Assembly: GCF_964355755.1 (NCBI RefSeq)
Contig: NC_092671.1
Coordinates: forward strand, 34,792,304-34,856,303
Direction: 5' to 3'
Length of the DNA stretch: 64,000 nt
Origin: Antedon mediterranea
Lineage: Eukaryota > Animalia > Echinodermata
Below, piece after piece: positions 27,201 through 40,600 of the stretch. Numbering within the stretch: position 1 is the stretch's first letter; each line of letters starts with the position of its first letter. The position numbers were made by a program, and so were the translations under genes. The notes beneath the pieces were generated by a model. It saw only the letters and a program-made list of their open reading frames with translations. It did no database searches and had not been told where the DNA came from.

Positions 27201-30200
27201 TCTGGATTTATCAATGATGAATCAAATTATCTCTGTGTACTCCTTACCTGTAATGGTACCTGCCTCCATCAAGCCATTATACCCTGTCTCTCTTTCCTCC
27301 TCTTCCTCATGATCATAGCTGAATACTTCCTCGTAAGCACCAACTGGAGATGGTGGATCACTGTTTGTTGCCAGCTTGTCGGGTTCACAGTGCCACGATA
27401 CTCAAAGACATTGTACCTTCTGTTGAATTCATTAAAAAAAAAGAGAAAAAAAATATATAAAAATAATATAATATTAATAAAAAAAATTTAAAAACTGTAT
27501 AATAAACTGAACTGAATGTGAACCTAAATAAAACTAGATTTAATTCGTCACTATGACGAATTATAGGTTATATGCATTGATTTAAATAAAGATAATTGAT
27601 TTTTAAAAGATATATTGATTGATTGATTTTCTCAGAATCTTTAATTATTTATAATATATGATAGGACCTTGCTAACGCGAACACCATAGCCGGTATCACA
27701 ATCCGATCAAAGATCCATATGCGTATAATGTCATAAACCACATTTGTTGTTACATAATAATAAAGACATAAGTTAATTTTTATCTAGATTTCATTAAAAA
27801 TCATGTGTATAATCTATACACTAAGAAATAAATTTGAACAAACAATACGGATAATAAAAAAAAAAATCTTATTTCGTTTCCCAAGGTGAGACTCGATCTC
27901 GGTACCTTGAATGCCATAGACACGAGCACAGACCACCGAGCCGTACACAACTGACTAAAAGTTTTAGAAAAATTCCTCCGTGTATTTACTATGCAGTAAC
28001 CACTTTGATGCAAATAGATTATTACATACCGAAATGAATTATAATTTTTTACTATGATGACATCTTTAAAATGTATACAAATGATGCACTGTCAAACTAC
28101 ATACTTTTAACTTTAATATATGAATTTTTGAAGTAAGAAAGTTAATGTTAAGTTTGTTATTTTGGCCTAAGAAAATGTCATAATTTGTTTGATTGTCGAA
28201 ATTATGTTTTTTTAATTTAATATGCAATTAATGATGACTTAATCAACTTTTGTCCTCTTAATTTGATAATAAATCATACATATGATACATACACTTCAAG
28301 AAAATGAAATAAAAAATAGGTGTTCCCCTGCATTCTGACGATATATATTAATTTTAAAATTTAGCATATTTTCACCATTTTGTTAACTTATACGTGCGTA
28401 GCCAGTCACTTTTGACGTGCCCGTATAACGCAATTTCGAGTTGAAACCTGAATCAAATATGATGATATTATTAAAGAAAGATTGTAAAACAGAAATCAGG
28501 CAAAAAGAGTGCGCATTAACGTTTAACGCGCAGTGCGCGTGCAAAAATCTGCGCACTCATGGCAATTTTTTAAACGCTTAAAATTGCCTGAAACGTACAG
28601 TACTCTAATTTCATCGAAAATAAATTTTGACAATTTTGAACATTTTAAGCACGCGTACGCAAGCGTTATATGCGTTACGCACGTAATTTATTTGCCATAT
28701 GATGAAATATGACCTGAAATTTATGAGTACCAAATTTTGTTTAATTGTGATTCATGCTTGTGAAGATATGATTACAAACGTGATTTCGTAAAATCGCGCG
28801 TAGACCGCGTAACTTTTGATTACGCATCGTGAAAATATAACCACATCGATTCCTGGCCATAAGGTATATACTCTGAAAACTTGACTTAGCTAGATGAAAC
28901 TGATGCCAAGATAATGCACGGACAAAATAGTGCTAAGGAAAGAATAAATAAATAAATAAATAAATAAATAAAGATTTTGACAGAATCAAGAGGTTATATG
29001 CATATCATGCATATAACCTAATAACTGAATAAATAAAACTGAACTGAATGCAGAGAAAAAAAAATGAAAATAAGACCATAAGAAAAATCAAGAAGACTCA
29101 AAACCAAGAAACTACTAGTTACTACTTGATTTGCAGATGCTCTACCATTAGACCACTTTATGTTCATAGGTTTGTGGTTTAAATTGGTTTACTGTACAAC
29201 CCTTCACCATCAATATGGATAATTTATCAGTTACTGATAGTGTTCGGTCACTTTGTACCCACTAAAACATAGATTTGAATATCTAAAAATAAATACAATT
29301 AAATTAATACATAGATTTAAATCTATGAAAAAAATAATAATTAGCGTAAATAAAGGTGATACATTTTAATATAGTTTCAAAACAATTTGTGTTTCATTAT
29401 GTTATTTATCCTTTACTTTCTGATTATAATTACAGGCCTTGTCTTTTCAAAATTATAGGTTTGCTACAAATTGCAATACATTCAGGGGTGCTGTAGGTGT
29501 GCTGTTTGTACTTTGGTGTGTAGAAGTTTACCAAATTTAGGCGTGTTGTAAGGTGAGTGATCACTCTCACTCGCCTTAAAAGACAAGGCCTGTAATTATA
29601 TTTAATATAAGGTTTGAAACAATGATGATTGAAAGAAACTATGATTAATATTCTAAATCCTTGCAAAAAAATGAAAAATCTGAATGATGAATGACTTTGA
29701 ATCGGGTACAGTATTACTGTATGTCGTAAACATAGTACCTTTTAAAGATGTATTGTCCCCCAAAAACATACAAATTAAGAATAATAAATCCGACTTTTAA
29801 TAGGCCATTTCCAGTTTAATAAAATTATTCACTTCTGAATGAAGAACATTTAATTTTAACCTAAAACCATTGTCTGACAGACAATTGAAGTATTTTTTAA
29901 ACTTTAAATTACATTTTTTTTCCAGGTAAATAATGTTTTTTTGGATCCAGTTTTTGGTCAAAGTGAATAACTATTATATGAAATTAAAATGGCATATAAA
30001 AAAATATGAAAAAAAGTTTAGGGGGACAATAAATCTTTAAGTAAGAATATGTAAAAAAACATGAATACAATTTTAATGTGCTCTGATTCTCCATTGGTGG
30101 TGGATGACCTAATTAAAAATATCAGTATTATACTCTAAAATAAGGTAAACTTTGTTCAATTACGAGATTCTTTATTATTGCTGTATTTTTAATGTCTTTG

Positions 30201-33200
30201 TCTACAATTATGAAATAATAATATCATCGACAATGTATTGTTAGGAATCAGGAAGGGATAGCCTTCAACTTAACAAAGAATCATTAAAAACAATCGAAAC
30301 TTTCAAGTACTGTAGTATGATATTCTATAAACAATTAATATAAATTGAATTCTACTTGGGATATCAGAAAGAAAACAATAATATTTTGGTGACTACTGTA
30401 CATATAGTTTCTATATTATTATAAATGTATTATACAGTAGTTAAGATCATGGAACTGCTGACCCTTGAATTGAAGTGATAGTAATCTTAGTAGCAGTCCC
30501 TGATAAATTCAGCTCTGTATATTTTATATTATGGTTTGTTGGTGAAATAAATGAATTACAAAGTTTACTACTGTACATTGTTTTTATTTTGAAAAAAATG
30601 TTTAAATATCATTTTATATAGTAAAATCTTTTTATAAGATGACTTAAAACACCATGAATTAAAAGTTATTTTTATAAACTGTTGATATTTAATTTTTTAA
30701 ATTTTATTTTCTTTCCTCCTCTCATCCAGCCCCAACTTTTTTTTTAACTTAAAGAATGGTTTAAATCTTATTTTGGTGACCTACCACACACTACTCATCT
30801 TCATAGATGACGTGCTCAGGATAAGACGTGTATAGCGAGCGCTCCTCATTTGACTACAATTTACACGGCGTGTATGCATCATGGCCACCAAACCCAAGAC
30901 TCGCTCTCGCCCAGCCGATATTGAAAGTGCTTGTTCCAACCCTGTGGACTTTAACAATTTTGTACATGCTTCCCTAAAATCATTATTAGATGGGCAGGCA
31001 AAAATTAAAGAGGATTTGAACCAAGCTATTGGATTTAACTCGGACAGAATCGCAGCACTCGAAGAAAACGATATTATCAAGGCTAACAAGATTGGTCAAC
31101 TCGAACAAACGGTTGATAAACTATCATCTACGGTTGCGAAGCTCGAACTAGAGGCCAACAAATCCGAACGCTTCAGCCGACGTAACAACGTTCGAATTGT
31201 GGGACTTAAAGAAGAATCAGGTGAGGATTGTGTTGTCTTGGCCAGGAACATTCTAATAGATAACTTTGAATTTAGTGAAATACCAACGATAGAGCGTGCA
31301 CATCGAGTCGGTCCTGTACTGCCGGTGAGGCCCCGACACATCATAATTAAACTACTTAGTTATAACTCTAAAGTTCAAGTCATGAAACAGAAGAATATTG
31401 CCTTACAAGATAAACAGTTTTACGTGATAGATGATCTGACCTTAGTGGATTATAAAGAAAAGAAGAAATGGAAATTTCAAGTTAAAGCTTTATATGACAA
31501 TGGAACTAAACTTAAATTCTCTGCTGGTAAATGGCGAACTTCTACGGGGACTCCCTATATATTCAAGTAACTTTTACGGTGTTTTGAGGAACTGGGATAT
31601 GAATGGTTTCTTTTTCTCTGCCTTCTTTCATTTTGTAATGTCAGTATATTTAACCTGGCTTTGCTTGTTTAAATTCCAAGCATGTCCGCTACGTACCATT
31701 ATGCAAATTATACCTTTGCATACCCGGTTGCATACCTAATGAATTATTCTCCGTTTTATACACGGGGAGTGCAACGCTTACGCTACCTATGTATTAGTAA
31801 TACGGCAGCACTAAACAGAATTGTTTTATGTTTAATTATTGTTATATTTAGTTTTTTATTTTATTATATTATTGTTAACTTTTACCTAATGTTTAAATTA
31901 TCTATGATACCTATAATTAATGTGCCAATCCAACCCTACAACTGATGTGAAATTTAACCCCTTTGTGGCATACGAGAACATGAATATTAACGAAAATGTT
32001 GATCCACATTCTCAAGTTTATGCTAGTTTAAATGAATCTAATTATTTTGATCCAGAAACATTCTCAGAGAATTTCTCTAAGCATAACAATGATAAAAATA
32101 TTTTGTCTACTATCCATTTTAATACACGTAGTCTCTTGGGCAAGATGGATTCTTTAAAACGTTTTCTTCTTACACTTGAATTTGACTTTGATGTTATTGC
32201 TATTACTGAATCTTGGCTACAGTATGACAATAATCCCCTAACAGATATGCCGGGTTATAATATTTTTTCTAGAAATAGGAAATCTAAGGCGGGTGGTGGC
32301 GTAGCCCTGTACGTACGAAACAATGTATCAGTTACTGTCCGTAATGATTTAACAACAGATGAATCAATATGTGAATCGATATTTATTGAAATAGAACAGA
32401 TACATGGGAAAAATATCATCGTGGGAACAATCTATCGTGCTCCGTCTTTGAATATCAATGCATTCAATGATATCCTAGATAACCTACTTCATACTCTTTC
32501 AACTGAAAATAAGCTGGTATATCTGTTGGGTGATTTCAATATAGATATTTTGCAATATACTTATGAAACCACAACTAACAATTTTGTAAACACTCTTTTT
32601 AGCAACTTTTATTTACCGCTAATACTTAGACCTACTAGGATAACATCAAATAGTGCTACTCTTATTGATAACATATTAACCAACCAGCCTGATTTACACC
32701 TCGCTAGTGGTCAGCTCTATTGCGATATTTCCGATCACCTACCTGTTTTTTCTATATCTACCTTAACATACAAAAATAATCAAGCAGTCAGTAGACCTCC
32801 AAATAAACCTTTTAGGAAAATTAATGAAAATAACATCGAACAATTTAAACGAGAGCTTAGCGTAATAACATGGAACGATGTGAACTTATTGCAAGAACCT
32901 AATCAAGCTTATAATACTTTTGAAACTAAATTAAAACTTTTATATAATAAACATTTTCCAATGACTACGCAAAGTAAAAAAAACACAAAATTAAAACCTT
33001 GGATGTCAAATGGTCTGTTGCAATCTACTAAATATAAACACAAGTTATATGCTAAATACCTAAATAATCCTACCAATCATAATAAAATAAAATACACTAA
33101 ATTCCGTAATACCTTAAATTTACTTATTAAACGTGTTAAAACCGAATACTATCAAAAGAGATTCACTCAATGTCAACATGATATTAAAGGTACTTGGCGC

Positions 33201-36200
33201 GTAATTAACTCCTTGATTAAAAGGTCTCCGAATTTGAATACGAAAGTTGTTCTAACAGGCAATAATGGTGAATCCATTGAAGACCCGTCTCAAATCGCAA
33301 ATGAATTCAATAAGTTTTTTGTCGAAATTGGACCAACTCTTTCAAAAAAATTGCCAACCGATCAATCTGATTTTAAAACGTATTTGCCCTTACCTACTTT
33401 AAACTCTTTATTTATGTGTCCAGTGTCTGATACAGAAATTATAGATATTGTCAAGTGTTTTAAAACTAATAAAGCGCAAGGACTTGATGAATTCAGTCCA
33501 AAAGTTATTAAACAATCAATTTCCCTTTTGGTTAAACCTCTATGTCACATATTTAATCTGTCTTTAACAAAAGGAGTTTTTCCAAATAAATTGAAATTGG
33601 CAAGAGTTACTCCCATCTTTAAAGCAGGAAAAAAGGACACTTTATCTAATTACCGACCGATCTCAGTCCTTTCGCTATTTTCTAAAATATTAGAAAGAAT
33701 TATCTATAATAGAACCTATGCCTTTATGGAAAAAAATAATATTGTATTCAATAAGCAATTTGGATTTCGCAAACATTTTGATACCGCAATGGCCTTAATT
33801 GATTTGTCCAATGAAATAATAGATGCATTTGAAAATGATGAGTTTGCAATTGGTGTTTTTGTCGATCTATCGAAAGCATTCGATACCATTAACCATCCCA
33901 TTCTTCTTTCAAAACTGTATCACTATGGTATTCGCGGTGTTCCTCTCAATTTATTTAAGAGCTATTTATCTAACCGCTACCAATGTACCAAGTTTTGTGA
34001 TTCCCAATCTGACTATTTGCCTATTACCTGTGGAGTACCACAAGGTTCATTACTAGGTCCTCTTCTGTTTCTTTTATATGTGAATGATATTTACAATTCG
34101 TCAGTATCTTTATCTTACTTTTTATATGCAGATGACACAACACTAATCTGTAAAAATCGACACTTAGAGTCGTTATTTAACACTGTAAATACAAGTTTAA
34201 TTAATGTATCCGAATGGTTTCTGGCAAACAGCCTTTCTGTAAATCTAAAAAAGTGCAGCTATGTTTTGTTTAGAAGTAGTACGATGCCGATTAAATTAGG
34301 TCCATTGCAAATTAAACTAAATGGTTCTGTTCTCCCCATGGTCAATCATGCAACATTTTTGGGTGTATCCATTGATAGTCGTCTGACATGGAAACCCCAT
34401 GTTATTGAGACAGAAAACAAAATCTCAAAAAATATTGGTATAATTTGTAGACTGGCATCTTTTCTTCCACATCATATTCTCCGAACACTCTACTGCTCCC
34501 TTGTTTTGCCATATCTTTTATATTGCAATATCGTTTGGTGTAACACATTCCCATCTAATTTAAATAAACTTCAAATACTACAAAAGAAAATCATTCGAAT
34601 AATTTCGAATGTTTCACCTAGAACTAGTACAGATCCTTTATTTCGTTCTCTCAAATTATTAAAATTAACAGATATTAATATTTTCCAACAATGTTTATTT
34701 ATTTACAAAAGCCAAAATGCTCTTCTTCCATCTCATTTACGCGATATGTTTTCTCCCAATTATGAATTTCACGGCTATTCCACAAGAATCCTCAATAACC
34801 TTCATATTCCTAAACATAAAAAGACTTCTTTTCAACATAATATTAGATTTACTGGACCCAAGATATGGAACTCACTTCCTAACAAAATTACAACTTCTGC
34901 AAACAAACATAGCTTCGTCTTTAACACTAAACAATATCTAATACAAAAGGAAATTAATTAACTAGTTATATTCTAGGTATCAGTTTTTTATTGTTTTCAT
35001 ATTCCGTTATGGTAATTACTTTATTCCTATATACCATTTACTATTATTTACTAATTTGATTTTAGTTACTTTTTGTTTTGTTCAGGCACTTTCAACACAA
35101 GCTTTTGCTTTTTAGAAATTGTGCCTCCTTCATAATATTGTTTTATTCATGTTAAAGATGAGAAAAAAAAAAATTGTATTGTTTTAACTATCTTTCTTCT
35201 CGTCATGAATTTTGTGTATTATATTATTTATTTTGTATATTATGAAGGAAATAAATGTTATTATGAAATGAAAAATGAAATAGTATATTTCATTTCTTGT
35301 TCTTACTGTACTACTCATTAGAATGTATACAATGTGTACAGTATGATACACAAATAAAACAAACAACAAACTTTTAAATTAACATTTTCAGAAATGAGTA
35401 GGGTATAACCTGTAAAATTAAATGGAAGGTCAAAAGTATGATGTAATTATTGAACCTTGGATATGACAGTAATTACAATCTGACAATGAAGGAAAGAACT
35501 GGACACAGCCTAAAAACATAATATCTAAACTAGAAGTACTGTAGTAATACAGGAAATCCTAAATTAGCTGCAAGCAAAATAAACTTGACACATAATTAAA
35601 AAACAGAGTTGAATTTATATTTAAAGGTCATTAATTTATACATAGTTTTATAGCATGGAGGAAACATACAGACTTAATGGTTTAAAAGTCTCTACAATAG
35701 TTGTCTTTTATCTTAAAAACAAGAAAAAACCTGGACTATTTATTCTTTACTAAGGCTTACAGTACTTTAATATTACTAGATGGCACGCTCGCTTCGCTCG
35801 CGTACCATCTAGGTCGTGCCCACAGATGGTTCTCGAATACACAGTATTTCCAGCGAGAAAAAAATGGAGATTTCAAATGTACGTACCGCAAGACTATAAT
35901 ACATTGTCGTTTACAGAAACGAATAAATATACACAATGATTTATGTAGTCAACCAAAATTAGCACCCTGGGAATTACTTCCGAGAGAGAAACAAAATGAG
36001 TCAAATTTTTTTATTTGGACTCATTTAAACAAACCCAATTTGTGTTTTGTATGTAACATTAAGGGTTGAGGGATGGGGGAAGAGGATAGGTACAAAGAGG
36101 AAACATTTTAAAATATATTCTTATCCACTCAGTAACGAAATATTGTTTTTAACAATATGTTTTTTGTTTTTTAACAATGTTTTTTTTAACAATGTTTTTA

Positions 36201-37661
36201 ATGTTTTATAGGCCTATAAATAATATACCACTAAATACAGTAAAACATTTACGATTTAATACGGTACTTTGTTAAAACTCTCACTGTCATAGTCGATTGA
36301 AATAGTAAAGTACATGTAACGATACACCACTACGACGTTTATATATTTTTAAATTATTAATTAATACAAACGTTGAGAAGCAACTGTCAGTAATAACGTT
36401 TATTTATTTGTATATTATATGTTTATAATCTAACAGTAGGGCCTACCCACACTCACAGTAATAAAGTTTATTTGTATATATTTTTATATTACATCTAACA
36501 GTACCAACACTCACAGTAAGAAATTTGCGATTCAAATTGCGATCAAAAGTGGTTAATACCTTAACAGTATTGTACAGCATTGCAATACTATTTATGTTTA
36601 TTCTCCAAGGGGGCCCATAAATCTAAATCTATACCTCTATGGTTAAACCAAATAATTTGGAATGTTTATTTGTATATTATATGTTTATAATCTAACAGTA
36701 GGGCCTACCCACACTCACAGTAATAAAGTTTATTTGTATATATTTTTATATTACATCTAACAGTACCAACACTCACAGTAAGAAATTTGCGATTCAAATT
36801 GCGATCAAAAGTGGTTTTAACCATTAAAATACCTTAACAGTATTGTACAGCCAGGGAACTCCCTGGTACAGCATTGTAATACTATTTATGTTTATTCTCC
36901 AAGGGGGCCCATAAATCTAAATCTATACCTGTATGGTTAAACCAAATAATTTGGAATGTTCCATTCATCACAAATCAATACATTTGTATAATCGTATATT
37001 AAATCTATCAAAATAGTATTTTTTTAAGAAAATCGGCCTGTCTTCAACATTATGATGCTGTACTCGAACTGTTCAACCGGTTTTCAGCTATTAAAAACAA
37101 TTATCGTAGGAGGAGATAGGAAAATGCGAAGCCTCCTCGCATTTTTGTGGCGGGTATTTTTCAAGATGGACATCCATTAGACAGTGTATACCACGATCGG
37201 AAAACACCCCTATTTGGGGCAAATCGTTGAACCTAAATTCGTTTTAATCGTCAATAACTAATTATCTAACTTAATTTAATTAGTAAACAGGGTTACATCA
37301 GGTGGTTAAAATCAGTACCGAAAGTACGAACCAACTTTATATACCATCGAGTAAAAATTCTAGAAGTAAGGCGCGATTTACCGAATTTTGCCCTTACGTA
37401 AATTTATATATAGATTATTATTATTCAAACTTGTTTTTCTCCAATTTCGTACACTTCGCAAGTGTGGTCACTTAAAAAAACACTTAATTTATGACAATTG
37501 AGAGCCTAAAAAGTAAAATGATCACAAAAACTATTCCATTTTTGGTGTTTTGACTAGATATACTGTAGGCAAGGATTGTTGTAATGTAAAATTGTAATAA
37601 TAATATATAATTAGGTTATATGCATTATCATGCATATAACCTCTTGATTCTGTCAAAATCT

Positions 37662-37692
<31 letters not shown>

Positions 37693-40600
37693 TTAGGTTA
37701 TATGCATGATATGCATATAACCTCTTGATTCTGTCAAAATCTTTATTTATTTATTTATTTATATATTTATTCTTTCCTTAGCACTATTTTGTCCGTGAAT
37801 TATCTTGGCATCAGTTTCATCTACTGTAGCTAAGTCAAGTTTTCAGAGTATATTCCTTATGGCCAGGAATCGATGTGGTTATATTTTCACGATGCGCAAT
37901 CAAAAATTACGCGGTCTACGCGCGATTTTACGAAATCACGTTTGTAATCATATCTTCACAAGCATGAATCACAATTAAACAAAATTTGGTACTCATAAAT
38001 TTCAGGTCATATTTCATCATATGGCAATACAATTTCGTGCGTAGCGCATATAACGCTTGCGTACGCGTGCTTAAAATGTTTAAAATTGTCAAAATTTATT
38101 TTCGATGAAATTAGAGTACGTTTCAGGCAATTTTAGGCGTTTAAAAAATTGCCATGAGTGCGCAGATTTTTGCACGCGCACTGCGCGTTAAACGTTAATG
38201 CGCACTCTTTTTGCCCGATTTCTGTTTTACAATCTTTCTTTAATAATATCATCATATTTGATTCAGGTTTCAACTCGAAATTGCGTTATACGAGCACGTC
38301 AAAAGTGACTGGCTACGCACGTATAAGTTAACAAAATGGTGAAAATATGCTAAATTTTAAAATTAATATATATCGTCAGAATGCAGGGGAACACCTATTT
38401 TTTATTTCATTTTCTTGAAGTGTATGTATCATATGTATGATTTATTATCAAATTAAGAGAACAAAAGTTGATTAAGTCATCATTAATTGCATATTAAATT
38501 AAAAAAAATTTATTATGACAATCAATCAAATTATAACATTTTCTTAGGCCGAAATAACAAACTTAACATTAACTTTCTTCCTTAAGAAGTTCATATATTA
38601 AAGTTAAAAGTATATAGTTTGACAGTGCATCATTTTTTTAAATTTTTAAAGATGTCATCATAGTAAAACATTATAATTCATTGCGGTATGTAATAATCTA
38701 TCTGCACCAAAGTGGTTACTGCATAGTAAATACACGGAGGAATATTTCCATAACTTTAGTCAGTTGTGTATGGCTCGATGGTCTGTGCTCGTGTCTATGG
38801 CATTCAAGGTACCGAGATCGAGTCTCACCTTGGGAAACGAAATAAGATTTTTTTTTTATTATCTGTATTGTTTGTTCAAATTTATTTCTTAGTGTATAGA
38901 TTATACACATGATTTATAATAAAATCTAGATAAAAAGTAACTTATGTCTTTATTAATATATGTAACAACAAATGTGGTTTATGACATTATACGCAGAGGG
39001 ATCTTTGATCGGATTGTGATACCGGCTATTGTATTCGCGTTAGCAAGGTCCTATCATATATTATAAATAATTAAAGATTCTGAGAAAAACAATCAATCAA
39101 TATATCTTTAAAAAATCAATTATCTTTATTTAAATCAATGCATATAACCTATAATTCGTCATAGTGACGAATTAAATCTAGTTTATTTATTCTTTCCTTA
39201 GCACTATTTTGTCCGTGAATTATCTTGATATCAGTTTCATCTATCTAAGTCAATTTTTCAGAGTATATTCCTTATGGCCAGGAATCGATGTGGTTATGTT
39301 TTCAGGGTGCGCAATCAAACATTACGCGGTCTACGCGCGATTTAACGAAATCACGTTTGTAATCATATCTTCACAAGCATGAATCACTTTTAAACAAAAT
39401 TTGGTACTCATAAATTTCAGGTCATATTTCATCATATGGCAATACAATTACGTGCGTAGCGCATATAACGCATGCGTACGCGCGCTTAAAATGTTGAAAA
39501 TTGTCAGAATTTATTTTCGATGAAATTAGAGTACGTTTCAGGCAATTTTAAGCGTTTAAAAAATTGCCACGAGTGCGCAGATTTTTGCACGTGCACTGCG
39601 CGTCAAACGTTAATGCGCACTGTTTTTGTCCGATTACTGTTGTATAACCTTTCTTTAATAATATCATCATATTTTATTCACTTTTCAACTCGAAACAGCG
39701 TTATACGAGCACGTCAAAAGTGACAGGCTACGCATGTGTAAGTTAACAAAATGGTGAAAATATGCTAAATTTTAAAATTAATATATATCGTTAGAATGCT
39801 CGGGAACACCTATTTTTTATTTAATTTTCTTGAAGTGTATGTATCATATGTATGATTTATTATGAAATTAGAAGAACAAAAGTTGATTAAGTCATCATTA
39901 ATGGCATTTTCAATTTAACAAAATTAATTTCAACAATCAAACAAATTATAACATTTTCTTAGGCCAAAATAACAAACTTAACATTAACTTTCTTCCTTAA
40001 GAAGTTCATATATTAAAGTTAAAAGTATATAGTTTGACAGTGCATCATTTTTTTCAATTTTTAAAGATGTCATCATAGTAAAACATTATAATTCATTGCG
40101 GTATGTAATAATCTATCTGCACCAAAGTGGTTACTGCATAGTAAATACACGGAGGAATTTTTCTCCAACTTTTAGTCAGTTGTGTACGGCTCGGTGGTCT
40201 GTGCTCGTGTCAATGGCATTCAAGGTACCGAGTTCGAGTCTCACCTTGGGAAACGAAATAAGATTTTTTTTTTATTATCCGTATTGTTCAAATTTATTTC
40301 TTAGTGTATAGATTATACACATGATTTATAATGAAATCTAGATAATACTCTAGTAGCTAGATCAACTTTCGTATGCACTTTGAGGTCCAGAGAATTTGAC
40401 TTCAGAAATTGGTTTAGGGTGGTCAAACAATCATTTTTGGCTTGGTTACACATTTTGAAAATGTGGCGAAAGGTCAAAAGGTCAGGGTCAAAGGTTATAA
40501 GATCAAACACCATTATGTCCTTAAATCTCAACAACCACTGGTCACAGCGAGGTAATTTTGGTCTCAAATTGATCAGAAGGTATACATTCATATTCAGTAT

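Larger units (their letters stand above)
30800..35173 (+). mobile_element. Full-length non-LTR retrotransposon (CR1/L2-group LINE) in a TRAK intron, antisense to the host gene
   Basis: Two intact ORFs, a 3'UTR stem-loop at about 35084-35126 and an A-tract at 35163-35173; no clear TSD; 5' end approximate. Confidence 0.93.

Noticed and set aside
27801-28013. Repeated ORF MHQSGYCIVNTRRNFS (also 40096-40311 and 38716-38910) as a gene family
   Set aside because: These lie in HINE copies and the frame is not maintained between copies.
30780-35190. Target-site duplication around the LINE
   Set aside because: No convincing direct repeat at the two ends; the CTCATCTT/AAGATGAG match is inverted and probably chance.
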